This document shows, piece after piece, positions 18,139-28,265 of a stretch of DNA of 64,000 nt. Under the pieces are notes generated by a model that ran no database searches, was not told the DNA's origin, and worked only from the letters and a program-made list of their open reading frames with translations. The position numbers and the translations under genes are program-made. The stretch is from Desulfomonilia bacterium (GTDB lineage Bacteria; Desulfobacterota; Desulfomonilia; UBA1062), in assembly GCA_050014195.1 (NCBI GenBank), contig JBEKDT010000011.1, positions 115,469 through 179,468 of the forward strand, read 5' to 3'. How positions within the stretch are numbered: the stretch's first letter is position 1; every line of letters starts with the position of its first letter.

Positions 18139-19269
18139 ATGGGGCATCTCTATAATGTCGTAAAGCTGACAGGGACCGTCGCAGTTATTTTCGTGTGTGT
18201 GATTTCAGCCTCCTGTCACGGAAGCAGCTCACATAAAAGCCCTTCGAACGGGAGCCCGGAACAGACCTCGGCGGTGTATACGTATGATTTAAACGTCCTG
18301 GACGATAATACGTATGACCACAAACCATTCACCATCACATACACCATTAATGCAAAACCTTATGATGCGACTCTCGGCAGTTTAGTGCCGCTCAGTGGAA
18401 CGTACGAACCGGATACCGGTACCTATACCTTGGCAAAATCATCCCTCCTGAATGTTACAACCCAATTCTGGAGTGCCCCCTCGGGAACCTTCACCATCCA
18501 GGTGACCTCTCCCATCGAATCGGTGGGGGGCAAGGTCACCAGCCAGGGTGAATTCAAGGTTATTGAGGTAGGCAGCGGGTCAACAAGCTCAGTGACCGTA
18601 ACCGTGAGGGATTCAAGTGGTGTGAACCTAAGCCACAATACGGAATCACCCGTGTTCTTTACCTGGGATCAACTCGACGATCTCTTGGGATCAAGCGCCC
18701 CTACATGGCAACAGCAGGCATCTATGGCTGCATCCATCATCAACCTCGTGTTGACTCAGATGGTTGCTTCCATGGACTCCATCCTCACTATCGAGAGTAA
18801 TAAGAGCACCATTGAACAAACTCAGACATATACACAAACCGGTGATGCATTTTCAAAGAATACCCATCCCGGAAGCCCTCCAGGCGGTATTCCGGATCAA
18901 GGTGACCGGACACTTCAATGGGTTGACACAAACGGGGATAAAAAGGCCGGTCCAGGCGACAGCTTCGAATGGACTTACAACTGGTACTGGGAAAACGATC
19001 CGAGCAACTCGTTGGACACCCTCTTGTTCGGTTCCGTGCATCTTGACGGTTTTGTAGAAGAGATAGATACATTAAACGGGGTTGATACACTGAGCAGTGC
19101 AGGGTTCGTGCCGGACCAAACGAACAAGAAACCGGGCGGTGTGGTGTATGACAGCTTTATCATTTTCGAAACGCAGGAAGATCCTGCCGGCGTGTTCACG
19201 ATAATAACCTCAAAGACAAAGACCTTGAACGGAGGGTTCTCAATCAGTTTTTCAGAGCAGACATCATAG
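18139..19269 (+). CDS. Secreted Ser/Thr-rich lipoprotein of unknown function
   Basis: AGGAGG RBS, hydrophobic leader ending ISASC (lipobox-like), and a DTNGDKKAGPGD Ca-binding-like loop. Confidence 0.75.
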   Translation: MGHLYNVVKLTGTVAVIFVCVISASCHGSSSHKSPSNGSPEQTSAVYTYDLNVLDDNTYDHKPFTITYTINAKPYDATLGSLVPLSGTYEPDTGTYTLAKSSLLNVTTQFWSAPSGTFTIQVTSPIESVGGKVTSQGEFKVIEVGSGSTSSVTVTVRDSSGVNLSHNTESPVFFTWDQLDDLLGSSAPTWQQQASMAASIINLVLTQMVASMDSILTIESNKSTIEQTQTYTQTGDAFSKNTHPGSPPGGIPDQGDRTLQWVDTNGDKKAGPGDSFEWTYNWYWENDPSNSLDTLLFGSVHLDGFVEEIDTLNGVDTLSSAGFVPDQTNKKPGGVVYDSFIIFETQEDPAGVFTIITSKTKTLNGGFSISFSEQTS

Positions 19270-19467
19270 TGGGGCTTAAGACCTGCGGCTTACGGCATGC
19301 GGTGAAAAACGATCTCATGATTCCGTTATCGTGTGCCGTTCGCCATTCCCCATATTTCATAGAAGTATTGACAAAGCCGGAAAAATCTTCTTTATGAGTT
19401 CTCCAGTAACATCGGGGCACGCTTCTTTTTAACACCCATGTTCTTTATCGGTACAGGGGGAACAGTA

Positions 19468-20403
19468 ATGATCCATATGGAAAAACTCACCAAATTTTAC
19501 GGCGATTTCTGTGCAGTGGACAATATTGACCTTGACATACACAAGGGCGAGATCATGGGCCTGCTGGGCCCTAACGGTGCAGGCAAGACAACGACGCTGC
19601 GCATGATCACAGGCTATCTGGAGCCCTCTTCGGGCAGCATCAAGGTAAAGGACTTCAGCACTGCCGAGGACATGCTCTCGATCAAGAAGCTCATGGGCTA
19701 CCTCCCTGAGTCCGCACCGCTCTACCACAACATGCTCGTGTATGATTATCTCGACTATGTGGCAAAAGTGAGAGGACTCGAAGGGGAGAAGAAAAACACC
19801 CGCATCCGTGCAATGGTTGACCTGTGCGGGCTGAAGGGGATCATGCACAAGACCATAGGAGTGCTCTCCAAAGGACTCAAGCAGCGGGTAGGCCTTGCGC
19901 ACGCCATGATCGACGAGCCTGAGATACTCGTGCTCGACGAGCCGACCTCGGGCCTTGACCCGAACCAGATCGTGGAGATCCGCGACATCATCCGCGCCAT
20001 AGGCAAGGACAAGACCATTGTCCTGTCCACGCACATCTTAAGCGAGGCAGAGGCTACATGCGACCGCATCGTCATCATCGACAAGGGCAAGATCGTGGCG
20101 GACGGCAGCACCGAGATGCTCAAGATGGGCACAGGCCGGGAAAAGACCATCTATCTGTCACTGAAGGGTGCCGACTTCCCTCAGGCCCGCGCGCTGATAT
20201 CCACCATATCAGGCGTTTCCCGTGTCGATGAGGAGCCGCCTACTGCGGGCGAGCTGAGGCTGAAGCTGACCACCAGCGCTACGGATGACCCTCGGGAGCC
20301 TATTTACCGCGCAATCAAGGCCACTGACTGGACCCTGCTGGAGCTCCGTCAGGAAGGCAAGTCCCTGGAGAAGATCTTCAGGGAGCTGACTCGGGAGGAA
20401 TAA
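19468..20403 (+). CDS. ABC transporter ATP-binding protein, GldA-like
   Basis: GPNGAGKT, LSKGLKQRVGLA, LDEPTSGLDP and STHILSE motifs. Confidence 0.92.
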   Translation: MIHMEKLTKFYGDFCAVDNIDLDIHKGEIMGLLGPNGAGKTTTLRMITGYLEPSSGSIKVKDFSTAEDMLSIKKLMGYLPESAPLYHNMLVYDYLDYVAKVRGLEGEKKNTRIRAMVDLCGLKGIMHKTIGVLSKGLKQRVGLAHAMIDEPEILVLDEPTSGLDPNQIVEIRDIIRAIGKDKTIVLSTHILSEAEATCDRIVIIDKGKIVADGSTEMLKMGTGREKTIYLSLKGADFPQARALISTISGVSRVDEEPPTAGELRLKLTTSATDDPREPIYRAIKATDWTLLELRQEGKSLEKIFRELTREE

Positions 20404-20404
20404 A

Positions 20405-21109
20405 ATGGCCAAGGCCCTGCAAATCTTCTCCAAGGAACTCAAAGACTACTTCGTCTCCCCGATCGCCTATATCGTGATCTGCATCTTCCTGCTGATATCG
20501 GGCTGGTTTTTCTTCTCCACCTTTTTTCTCGTGAACCAGGCCAACCTGCGTACCTTCTTTTCCATGCTGCCGCTCATCTTTCCATTCGTGATACCTGCCG
20601 TCACCATGAGGCTCTTTGCCGAGGAACTGCACATCGGCAGCTTTGAGATGCTGCTGACGCTACCGGTGAGACTTTCCGACGTGATCATGGGAAAGTTTCT
20701 GGCCTGTGTGGCGTTTGTGGTCCTCATGATGGCGCCCACCCTTTCGTATGCCATCTGGGCATCGTTTATGGGCGAGATCGACTGGGGCCCTGTTATCGGC
20801 GGGTTTTTCGGAGCAGTGCTCCTGGGAAGCGCCTACAGCGCCATCGGCATCTTCGCATCCGCCACGACCCGCAACCAGATCATCGCATTCATCATTGGCA
20901 TGGTCATCTGCTTTCTTTTAAGCCTTGTGGATAAGATGCTCTTTTTCTTCCCGGCGCCGATGCTCCCCTTTATCCATTATCTGGGGGCCGGGTTCCATTT
21001 CGAGAATGTCGCCAAGGGCATCATCGACACGCGTGACATGATCTATTTCCTCAGCATTATCTTTATTGCGCTCTACGGCGCAAACCTCACCATGCAGGAA
21101 AAGCGATAA
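20405..21109 (+). CDS. ABC-2 permease, GldF-like
   Basis: KELKDYFVSPIAYIV, PAVTMRLFAEE and six TM segments. Confidence 0.9.
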   Translation: MAKALQIFSKELKDYFVSPIAYIVICIFLLISGWFFFSTFFLVNQANLRTFFSMLPLIFPFVIPAVTMRLFAEELHIGSFEMLLTLPVRLSDVIMGKFLACVAFVVLMMAPTLSYAIWASFMGEIDWGPVIGGFFGAVLLGSAYSAIGIFASATTRNQIIAFIIGMVICFLLSLVDKMLFFFPAPMLPFIHYLGAGFHFENVAKGIIDTRDMIYFLSIIFIALYGANLTMQEKR

Positions 21110-21120
21110 GGAGAAGGGCC

Positions 21121-23280
21121 ATGATGAAACAGAAGCGGTATGGAAAATTTGCCGTCTACATCGCAGCTATTGTGCTCATTAACCTCGTAGCCGCAACCTT
21201 GTTCTTCAGGCTCGATCTCACTGCCAACAAGGTATACTCGCTCTCCAAGGTGAGCAGGGATGTGGTATCCACCCTGAAGGAGCCTCTCACCATCAATGTC
21301 TTCTTCACCTCAAACCTGCCCTCGCCCTACAACACCGTCGAGCAGTACATCAAAGACATGCTCGGCGAATATGCCCTGAATGCAAATACCTACTTCAACT
21401 ACCGGTTCTACGACGTGAGCGTCGAAGGTGAGATCGATGCAGCAAGGACGGAGGAAAACCGCAAGCTCGCCCAAAACTACGGCATCAGCCCGGTACAGAT
21501 CCAGGTGGTGGAAAAGGACGAGATGAAGTTCAAAAAGGCCTATATGGGCCTTGTGCTCATCCACGGCGACATGGTGGAGCGCATCCCCACCATAACCTCG
21601 ACCGACGGGCTTGAATACAAGCTCACCACCGCGATCCAGAGGCTCAACAACAAGATCAGCGCACTACTGAACCTCAAGGACAAAGTGAAGGTAAGGCTCT
21701 ACATCTCGCCCTCCCTCCAGGGCGTAGCCCCGCAAATGGGCATCAAGGACCTGCCCAAGGTGTCTTCTGATATAAAAAAAGTGGTTGACGACCTGAACGC
21801 CCGCATGTACGGCAAGCTCGATTATGCCTTCTCGGAACCGGCCGACGAAGCCGAGATGACGAAGCTCTCAAAAAGCTACAACCTCATGACGCTCAAATGG
21901 CCGGCCCTCGAGGGCGGCCGTGTCCCTGCCGGCTCCGGCGTCATCGGGCTGGTCACGGAATATGGCGGCAAATCGTTCATGATCCCGGTCCTGCAGGCCT
22001 TCAACCTCCCCTTGTTCGGGACCCAGTACAAGCTTACTGATACCCGCGCCATAGAGGATGCCGTCGAGCAGGGCGTCGAATCTTTGATCGGTATCAACGA
22101 AACCCTGGGATACCTCTCGGATAAGGGAACACTCGATATGTACGGCGGACCGGGTGCTACGGCATCACTGGCGAGCTTTAACAACCTTGCATCCAAGAGC
22201 TACTCCATAAAGGACATCAACTTAAAAGGGGGCATTCCCGAAGGGCTTTCATGCCTGCTCATCGTCCGGCCTACCGAGCAGTTCAGCGATTATGACCTGT
22301 ACCAGATCGACCAGGCCCTCATGAAAGGGACAAACCTTGCCGTCTTCCTCGACCCCTTTAAGGAGGCTGCACCAACAGGCTCCCCCTATCAGCAGCAGGG
22401 ACAGGTCGTGCCCGTGAACACAGGGCTTGAGAAGCTGTTTGCCAATTACGGGGTCAAGGTTAACCAGTCCTATGTCCTGGACGAGAACTGCTTCAAGCAG
22501 AGGCTCCCCGAGCAGTACGGCGGCGGCGAGCAGAAAATATACTTTGCCCCGATGATCGAGAGCTCTCAGATCAACGCTAAGCTCGACTTCATGAAGAACA
22601 TCAAGGAGCTCATCACCTACAAGATTGCCCCGCTTACGCTCTTTGATGAGCAGATCAAGAAAAACAAGCTGAACCCCTTAAGGCTTTTCTCCTCTTCTGA
22701 GAAGTCCTGGGAGATGAAGGACCAGATAGTCCTCAACCCCATGTTCATCAGGCCTCCTGCATCCGGCGAGGGCATGGCGAGCAGGGCGCTTGCCTATATC
22801 ATAGAGGGGAGCTTCCCGAGTTATTTTGCCGGAAAGCCTATACCCGAGAAGCCCGCTGAAGCGGCCGCGCCACAAGCAAAAGAAGACAAGCAGAAGGGTG
22901 ATGAAGGCGCGAAGAACCCTGAAGCCGGCCGGCTTGAGCACAAGGGTGACTTCCTCCCGGTCTCGAAACCGGCCAAGATCTTTATCATCGGTTCATCCGA
23001 GATGCTCACGGACAATCTGATTACCGAACAGGGCGACAATCCCAATTCCACGCTCATCATGAATATCATCGATGTCCTGAACAACAAGTCAGACATAGCA
23101 CTCATGCGGAGCAAGATCCAGTCATTCAACCCCCTGGAGGTCAAGGATGAGAAGATCAAGGTTGCGGCCAAGGCGTTTAATATCGCAGGTCTTCCCGTTA
23201 TCGTCGTGATCTTCGGGTTATTTGTATGGCTCAGGCGGCACAGCCGCAAGAAACGTATCGAGGCCGCCTTTCATGGATAA
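21121..23280 (+). CDS. GldG-like ABC auxiliary protein
   Basis: RLDLTANKVYSLS, LEYKLTTAI, YQIDQALMKG and a C-terminal TM with basic tail. Confidence 0.88.
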   Translation: MMKQKRYGKFAVYIAAIVLINLVAATLFFRLDLTANKVYSLSKVSRDVVSTLKEPLTINVFFTSNLPSPYNTVEQYIKDMLGEYALNANTYFNYRFYDVSVEGEIDAARTEENRKLAQNYGISPVQIQVVEKDEMKFKKAYMGLVLIHGDMVERIPTITSTDGLEYKLTTAIQRLNNKISALLNLKDKVKVRLYISPSLQGVAPQMGIKDLPKVSSDIKKVVDDLNARMYGKLDYAFSEPADEAEMTKLSKSYNLMTLKWPALEGGRVPAGSGVIGLVTEYGGKSFMIPVLQAFNLPLFGTQYKLTDTRAIEDAVEQGVESLIGINETLGYLSDKGTLDMYGGPGATASLASFNNLASKSYSIKDINLKGGIPEGLSCLLIVRPTEQFSDYDLYQIDQALMKGTNLAVFLDPFKEAAPTGSPYQQQGQVVPVNTGLEKLFANYGVKVNQSYVLDENCFKQRLPEQYGGGEQKIYFAPMIESSQINAKLDFMKNIKELITYKIAPLTLFDEQIKKNKLNPLRLFSSSEKSWEMKDQIVLNPMFIRPPASGEGMASRALAYIIEGSFPSYFAGKPIPEKPAEAAAPQAKEDKQKGDEGAKNPEAGRLEHKGDFLPVSKPAKIFIIGSSEMLTDNLITEQGDNPNSTLIMNIIDVLNNKSDIALMRSKIQSFNPLEVKDEKIKVAAKAFNIAGLPVIVVIFGLFVWLRRHSRKKRIEAAFHG

Positions 23281-23290
23281 GGGGTGAGGT

Positions 23291-24229
23291 ATGAACGTGA
23301 AAAAGGAATACATACTGCTGGCATTGCTCATTGCATCATCCATCGCATATCTTGTCTTCGAGCGGACGGACCGTGTCCATTACACATTGCCGAAGCTCAA
23401 GGCAGTAAAGACGGACGAAATAACAAAGATCGAGATGACCCATGCAGGCAGTAGAATAGCTCTCACGAAAAAGGACGACTCATGGTATATCTCTCCCAAC
23501 AACTGGCGAGCCGATCAGACCAAGATTTCCGAAATGCTTGAAAAGCTTTCCGGGCTTGTCGTGACCGACCTGGTGTCCGAATCAAAGACCTATGAACGCT
23601 ATGCGCTCGATGACAAGAACAAGTTGATCCTGAAGGCCTACTCGGGCAACGTGCTCAATCGGGAGCTGGATGTCGGCAAGGTTGCAACCACCAACCAGCA
23701 CACCTATATCAGATTCCCCGGTAACGACAAGGTCTATCTCGCAAGCGGTGATCTGTCCCGGCTGTTCCAGACCCCTGCTGCCGAGTTGAGAGACATGCTC
23801 GTCTTTTCCATCAACCCTCCGGACATTACCGGCATCAGTATCGAACAGTATGGTAAAAAGATCGTCCTTAACCGGGAGGAACTCCCGCAGGATAAGTCGC
23901 AAAAAAAACCAGACAAGGATGCGGTCAAGCTCTTTATCTGGAAAGACGAAAAGGGTGCGGTTGTGGACAAGGCGAAAATCGATGCCTTCCTTTCCGTCCT
24001 GAGCAAGATCTACGGTGAAGGATACCTGGACGATGCCATGAAGGCCTCACTGACAAATCCGGCCATAACCCTGAAGATCAAAGGGTCAAAGGAATACGTC
24101 CTCTCCATCTTTGATAAGACCTCCGAGAAGATCCCGGCCCTGTCTTCTCAGAGCGAATCACCCTTTGTATTCCCCGGCTATAAATTGGATACCCTGAAAA
24201 AATCGCTGGATGAGATTGCGAAAAAGTGA
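23291..24229 (+). CDS. DUF4340-type membrane-anchored protein
   Basis: N-terminal TM, KKDDSWYI...ADQTKI, YALD and TYIR motifs. It is the usual fourth gene of GldAFG-like clusters. Confidence 0.78.
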   Translation: MNVKKEYILLALLIASSIAYLVFERTDRVHYTLPKLKAVKTDEITKIEMTHAGSRIALTKKDDSWYISPNNWRADQTKISEMLEKLSGLVVTDLVSESKTYERYALDDKNKLILKAYSGNVLNRELDVGKVATTNQHTYIRFPGNDKVYLASGDLSRLFQTPAAELRDMLVFSINPPDITGISIEQYGKKIVLNREELPQDKSQKKPDKDAVKLFIWKDEKGAVVDKAKIDAFLSVLSKIYGEGYLDDAMKASLTNPAITLKIKGSKEYVLSIFDKTSEKIPALSSQSESPFVFPGYKLDTLKKSLDEIAKK

Positions 24230-24257
24230 TTATGGACTTCCCTAGGGAGAATGACCC

Positions 24258-25118
24258 ATGGTGAAAAACCAGATGCCCAAGGTACTTCTGCAGGATATCG
24301 GTGATGTGGATCTCTCCTACCTGCTTTACGAAGGTGATGGGCCCACGATCGTGCTCATGCATGCCACCGGCTTCCTGCCCTGGCTGTGGCACCCCATTGC
24401 CCGAGAGCTCGCGCCCAGGTGGCGTGTGATCGCCCCATACTTCTGCGACCATCGTGATTCCGACCCTGAGAAGGGGGGCTTGAACTGGCTGACCATTGCC
24501 CAGGATCTTGCAACCTTCTGCAAACGGCTCGGCCTTGATAGGCCTGCCATGGCAGGCCACTCCATGGGTGCCACGGTGATCACTCTTGCCAATGCGGCAT
24601 TCGATCTTGATGCACGCGGTCTCATCCTCATCGAGCCGATCTTCCTGCCCGAGGATTTCTATAAGGCGCAGATAACCATCGACCTCCATCCGCTCGCCTC
24701 CAAGGCAATACGCAGGAGGGACACATGGAGCGATACCGATGAGGCGCATGCGTATTTGAGGTCAAAGCCAATGTTCAAGAACTGGGATAGCGAGATGCTC
24801 GACCTTTACGTGGAATACGGCATGAAGAACCTCGATGCAGGAGGCCTCCAGCTTGCGTGCTCTCCCAAGAGGGAGGCATCACTGTTCATGGGCGGCATGC
24901 AGTACGATCCCTGGCCGCTGCTTCCCAAGGTGACCTGCCCTACCCTGATCCTCGAAGGAGAAGAAAGTGAGAACCGGGCCTTCATTGACCTGAAGAAGGC
25001 CGCCTCCACATTCAAACAGGCCACCTACCGTATGGTTAACGGTGCCGGACACCTTATCCCTCAGGAAAAGCCGGCGGAGACGATTGAGATTATCAGAGAC
25101 TTTTTTGGCCCGCTATAA
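24258..25118 (+). CDS. Alpha/beta hydrolase
   Basis: HATGF, nucleophile elbow GHSMG and catalytic His in AGHLIPQE. Confidence 0.9.
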   Translation: MVKNQMPKVLLQDIGDVDLSYLLYEGDGPTIVLMHATGFLPWLWHPIARELAPRWRVIAPYFCDHRDSDPEKGGLNWLTIAQDLATFCKRLGLDRPAMAGHSMGATVITLANAAFDLDARGLILIEPIFLPEDFYKAQITIDLHPLASKAIRRRDTWSDTDEAHAYLRSKPMFKNWDSEMLDLYVEYGMKNLDAGGLQLACSPKREASLFMGGMQYDPWPLLPKVTCPTLILEGEESENRAFIDLKKAASTFKQATYRMVNGAGHLIPQEKPAETIEIIRDFFGPL

Positions 25119-25152
25119 AGAGTGCCTTGATGCACCTTGCGATACTAAATCC

Positions 25153-26238
25153 ATGCATGACTCAAGAAAAATCATCCATATCGACATGGATGCCTTTTAT
25201 GCCTCTGTGGAACAGAGGGATAATCCACGCCTTAAAGGCAAGCCCGTTATAGTCGGTGGTGAGCCCGAACAGAGGGGTGTTGTAGCTGCCTGTTCATATG
25301 AGGCCCGCAAGTTCGGCATCCATTCAGCCATGTCATCGGCAAAGGCAAAAAGGCTCTGCCCCCATGCCATCTTTCTCAAGCCTAGATTCAGGGAATATCA
25401 GGCGGTCTCAGAGAGAATCATGGCGATCTTCTGCGACTACACCGACTGCGTTGAGCCCTTGTCCCTGGATGAGGCCTTCTTGGATGTGACGGTAAACAAG
25501 AAACACCTAAAACTGGCGACTATGATCGCCCGGGAGATCAGGCTGAGGATAAGAGAGGCCCTCTCTTTAACGGCATCTGCCGGGGTCTCTTACAACAAGT
25601 TCCTCGCCAAGGCCGCCTCAGACTTTCACAAGCCCGATGGACTCACGGTTATCACCCCGGATAAGGCATTATCCTTTATCGCAAACTTACCCATCCGAAA
25701 ATTCTACGGCGTGGGCAAGGTGACGGAGCAAAAGATGCTCTCACTCGGCATCAGGACCGGTGCGGATCTCATGACCATATCTCGAGAAGACCTGCTGTGT
25801 TTGTTCGGTAAGACAGGTTGGTTCTTTTATGGGATTGCGCGTGGATACGACCCGAGACCCGTGACACCGGAACGTGAGAGGAAATCCGTCGGCAAGGAGA
25901 TTACCCTTAAGCGAGACACCGACGACCTGGCCCGGATGGCTGAAATCATCTCTCGGCTTGCCTGCAGCGTCTCAAAAATTATGAAGAAAGAAGGTCTTAC
26001 AGGACGCACCGTGACACTGAAGCTGAAGTACTATGACTTCCGTTCCATCACCAGAAGTATTACCCTCACGGGGTTCTCGAACGATGCAGAGTCCATAACG
26101 AAGCAGGCCCTTATCCTGTTGCGTGATACCGATGCAGGGAATAAAAAGGTGAGGCTCTTGGGAGTGAGCGTTTCAAACTTTTCAGGGAATGAAAATGAGA
26201 ATTACCGATACACGCAGATGTTATTGCCGTTTGATTGA
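25153..26238 (+). CDS. dinB: DNA polymerase IV
   Basis: HIDMDAFYASVE, SYEARKFG, SLDEAFLD, NKFLAK...KPDG and a C-terminal clamp-binding-like QMLLPF. Confidence 0.95.
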   Translation: MHDSRKIIHIDMDAFYASVEQRDNPRLKGKPVIVGGEPEQRGVVAACSYEARKFGIHSAMSSAKAKRLCPHAIFLKPRFREYQAVSERIMAIFCDYTDCVEPLSLDEAFLDVTVNKKHLKLATMIAREIRLRIREALSLTASAGVSYNKFLAKAASDFHKPDGLTVITPDKALSFIANLPIRKFYGVGKVTEQKMLSLGIRTGADLMTISREDLLCLFGKTGWFFYGIARGYDPRPVTPERERKSVGKEITLKRDTDDLARMAEIISRLACSVSKIMKKEGLTGRTVTLKLKYYDFRSITRSITLTGFSNDAESITKQALILLRDTDAGNKKVRLLGVSVSNFSGNENENYRYTQMLLPFD

Positions 26239-26240
26239 AT

Positions 26241-26359
26241 TAAGTTTAAAGTTTGAAGTGTTAAGTTTGAGGTTTTATTCTGTGCTTTTGAGTTATTAAG
26301 CGTGGAAAAAGTTATTCTAATCCGATACTTAAATCTTAACACTTAAAAACTTAAAACTA
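26241..26359. repeat. Imperfect inverted repeat built of tandem ~7-mers (AAGTTTN)
   Basis: Left arm AGTTTAAAGTTTGAAGTGTTAAGTTTGAG; the right arm reverse-complements to AGTTTTAAGTTTTTAAGTGTTAAGATTTAAGT. The stretch is very AT-rich. Confidence 0.7.
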
Positions 26360-26364
26360 TTTTA

Positions 26365-26817
26365 TTACGACCTTCTCTTCCGCCTTACCGACAGTGAATC
26401 CGGAAAGATACTGAGGCCTTCCGCCGCTTTGCTGCAGAGCTTTTTCCATTCTTTCACATCGGATACCTTATAAATCACAATGGAAAGCTCAAGAGTATCC
26501 GCCTCGGTCCGGATCACATCACCCCATATGATGATGTTATCTTCTTCGAGGACCACTTCTATGGGCCTGCCAACGAGATGCAAGGCATTGGCCGGGGTGA
26601 GGCTTTTTTTTGCATCCATGGGCGATCCGACAACCTTGAGCGACATACCGCCGATAGAGATGTTCTTGGTCTCGGCCAAGGCGATAACGCTCTGGATTCC
26701 CTGGAGTATCTTGCCGGAATCCCGGCTTGAAAGAGATATCTTAAGCCGGGCGGGATACCTTGCTGATTGTCGCTCATGCCTACGCCTCTCTTTCCCGTTC
26801 ACTTTAATTTTAGACAT
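26365..26817 (-). CDS. Stand-alone PilZ-domain protein
   Basis: ERRRHER (RxxxR) and NISIGG (D/NxSxxG). Confidence 0.8.
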   Translation of the reverse strand: MSKIKVNGKERRRHERQSARYPARLKISLSSRDSGKILQGIQSVIALAETKNISIGGMSLKVVGSPMDAKKSLTPANALHLVGRPIEVVLEEDNIIIWGDVIRTEADTLELSIVIYKVSDVKEWKKLCSKAAEGLSIFPDSLSVRRKRRS

Positions 26818-27019
26818 AGACCTCTTCTCGTCATTTATTCTGCTATACTTTATACTCCTGTTCATTCCAGACTCGAACACCCTTACAGGGCAGGAAAGAC
26901 GCATTTTATGATTACTTCTCTTTCTTATGAATGTAGTGTATAAATTGTTTACAATAAAAATAGCTCTAACTTATAATGGTTATGATATATGGAGAAATTT
27001 TCATAAGAGGGGTCATACC

Positions 27020-27367
27020 ATGGATGCAGATGACACTGCTCACGAGCGGCGAAAAGAACATCGGAAAAAGGTCAAGATCACGCTACTGCTCAAGATGGGT
27101 GTGCTGATCAATGGACGCGGCATTGCAAAGGACATCAGCCACCATGGGATGTGCCTGGTCTCACCTCAGATCTTCAAAGCCATGAGCACCATTCAACAGA
27201 AAGACTTCTTAGGCGCGCCGCTACGCGTCATGATTCCATCTGAGGCATTGACCGTCAACGGGGTACTTGCTTGGGCCGACTTCAAGAGGGGTGAAGGCGC
27301 CATCAACATAACAAGCACCTCGGATGATGAAAAGTGGTTGGAATTTATACAAAGAGATAAACCCTAA
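27020..27367 (+). CDS. Stand-alone PilZ-domain protein
   Basis: ERRKEHR and DISHHG motifs; GAGGGG RBS before the ATG at 27020. Confidence 0.8.
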   Translation: MDADDTAHERRKEHRKKVKITLLLKMGVLINGRGIAKDISHHGMCLVSPQIFKAMSTIQQKDFLGAPLRVMIPSEALTVNGVLAWADFKRGEGAINITSTSDDEKWLEFIQRDKP

Positions 27368-27480
27368 GCGTGAAGAGTGACGAGAAACCGGGACCAGGGC
27401 TGATGTTTAATCCCAATTCCGCCCATTGAAAGACTTTTCCGTTTCCTTCCATTTTTGAATCCTGACTACCGAGTCCTTCC

Positions 27481-28221
27481 TTAAAACAACCTCGACTCTG
27501 TGATTCTCTTCATAACATCCTCAAATCCCGGATCAGGTGCCAGGTCTGTCCCTCGCGCCGCCTTCTTCGCCAGCGCATCGCATCGTTCATTTTCCGGGTT
27601 GCCTGCATGACCGCGCACCCAGCAAAAGACCATATCATGCCTATCAATGAGACCAAGCAGCTCTGCCCACAGGTCGCTGTTGACGGCCCTGTGGGTCTTG
27701 TCTCGCATCCAGTTCCTCGAACGCCACTTGAGGGCCCAACCTTTCTGGATGGCATTGACCACATACTGCGAATCGGTGAAAAGCACTGCATTTGATCGTT
27801 GTTTCAGCGCTCGTAGAGCCTGGATACAGGCCACGAGTTCCATACGGTTGTTTGTGGTGAGCCGATACCCGCCTGAGAGCTCGCTACGTTTATCCCCTTT
27901 AATAATTACAACTCCATAACCGCCCGGTCCGGGATTTTCAATGCAACCGCCATCAGTATATATGCGGATAGGACGATTTTGCACATCCCGGGTGCTTTCC
28001 TCTGTCTCTTCATGGTGACGTGCCGTGGGCTTAGATGCAGGAGTATATCGTGGATAGAGCATAAAGTCTTGGGCCTCAGGCATGGTGGTGAATCCCCGGT
28101 ACAGAGCACCGGTGAAACCCCTTATCTGCTCCTCTGCGCCCCCTGGTCCGAACCAGCGAGTATAGATCCCGGGTGTCCTACCTCTCACAACGGCGTAAAA
28201 TCGTTTCTTTCCCTGAGACAA
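27481..28221 (-). CDS. rnhA: Ribonuclease HI with N-terminal hybrid-binding domain
   Basis: FYAVVRGRTPGIY (hybrid-binding domain), then YTDGGC, TTNNRMEL, TDSQY, WVRGHAG and NERCD. Probable TTG start at 28221. Confidence 0.92.
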   Translation of the reverse strand: MSQGKKRFYAVVRGRTPGIYTRWFGPGGAEEQIRGFTGALYRGFTTMPEAQDFMLYPRYTPASKPTARHHEETEESTRDVQNRPIRIYTDGGCIENPGPGGYGVVIIKGDKRSELSGGYRLTTNNRMELVACIQALRALKQRSNAVLFTDSQYVVNAIQKGWALKWRSRNWMRDKTHRAVNSDLWAELLGLIDRHDMVFCWVRGHAGNPENERCDALAKKAARGTDLAPDPGFEDVMKRITESRLF

Positions 28222-28265
28222 TCGGAATCCTCTCTTATAACTCTTATTATCATCTGTTGACTCAA

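Noticed and set aside
26937-26953. TGTATAAATTGTTTACA as another enhancer box between the PilZ genes
   Set aside because: It is a single copy in AT-rich DNA with no sigma-54 promoter found nearby.
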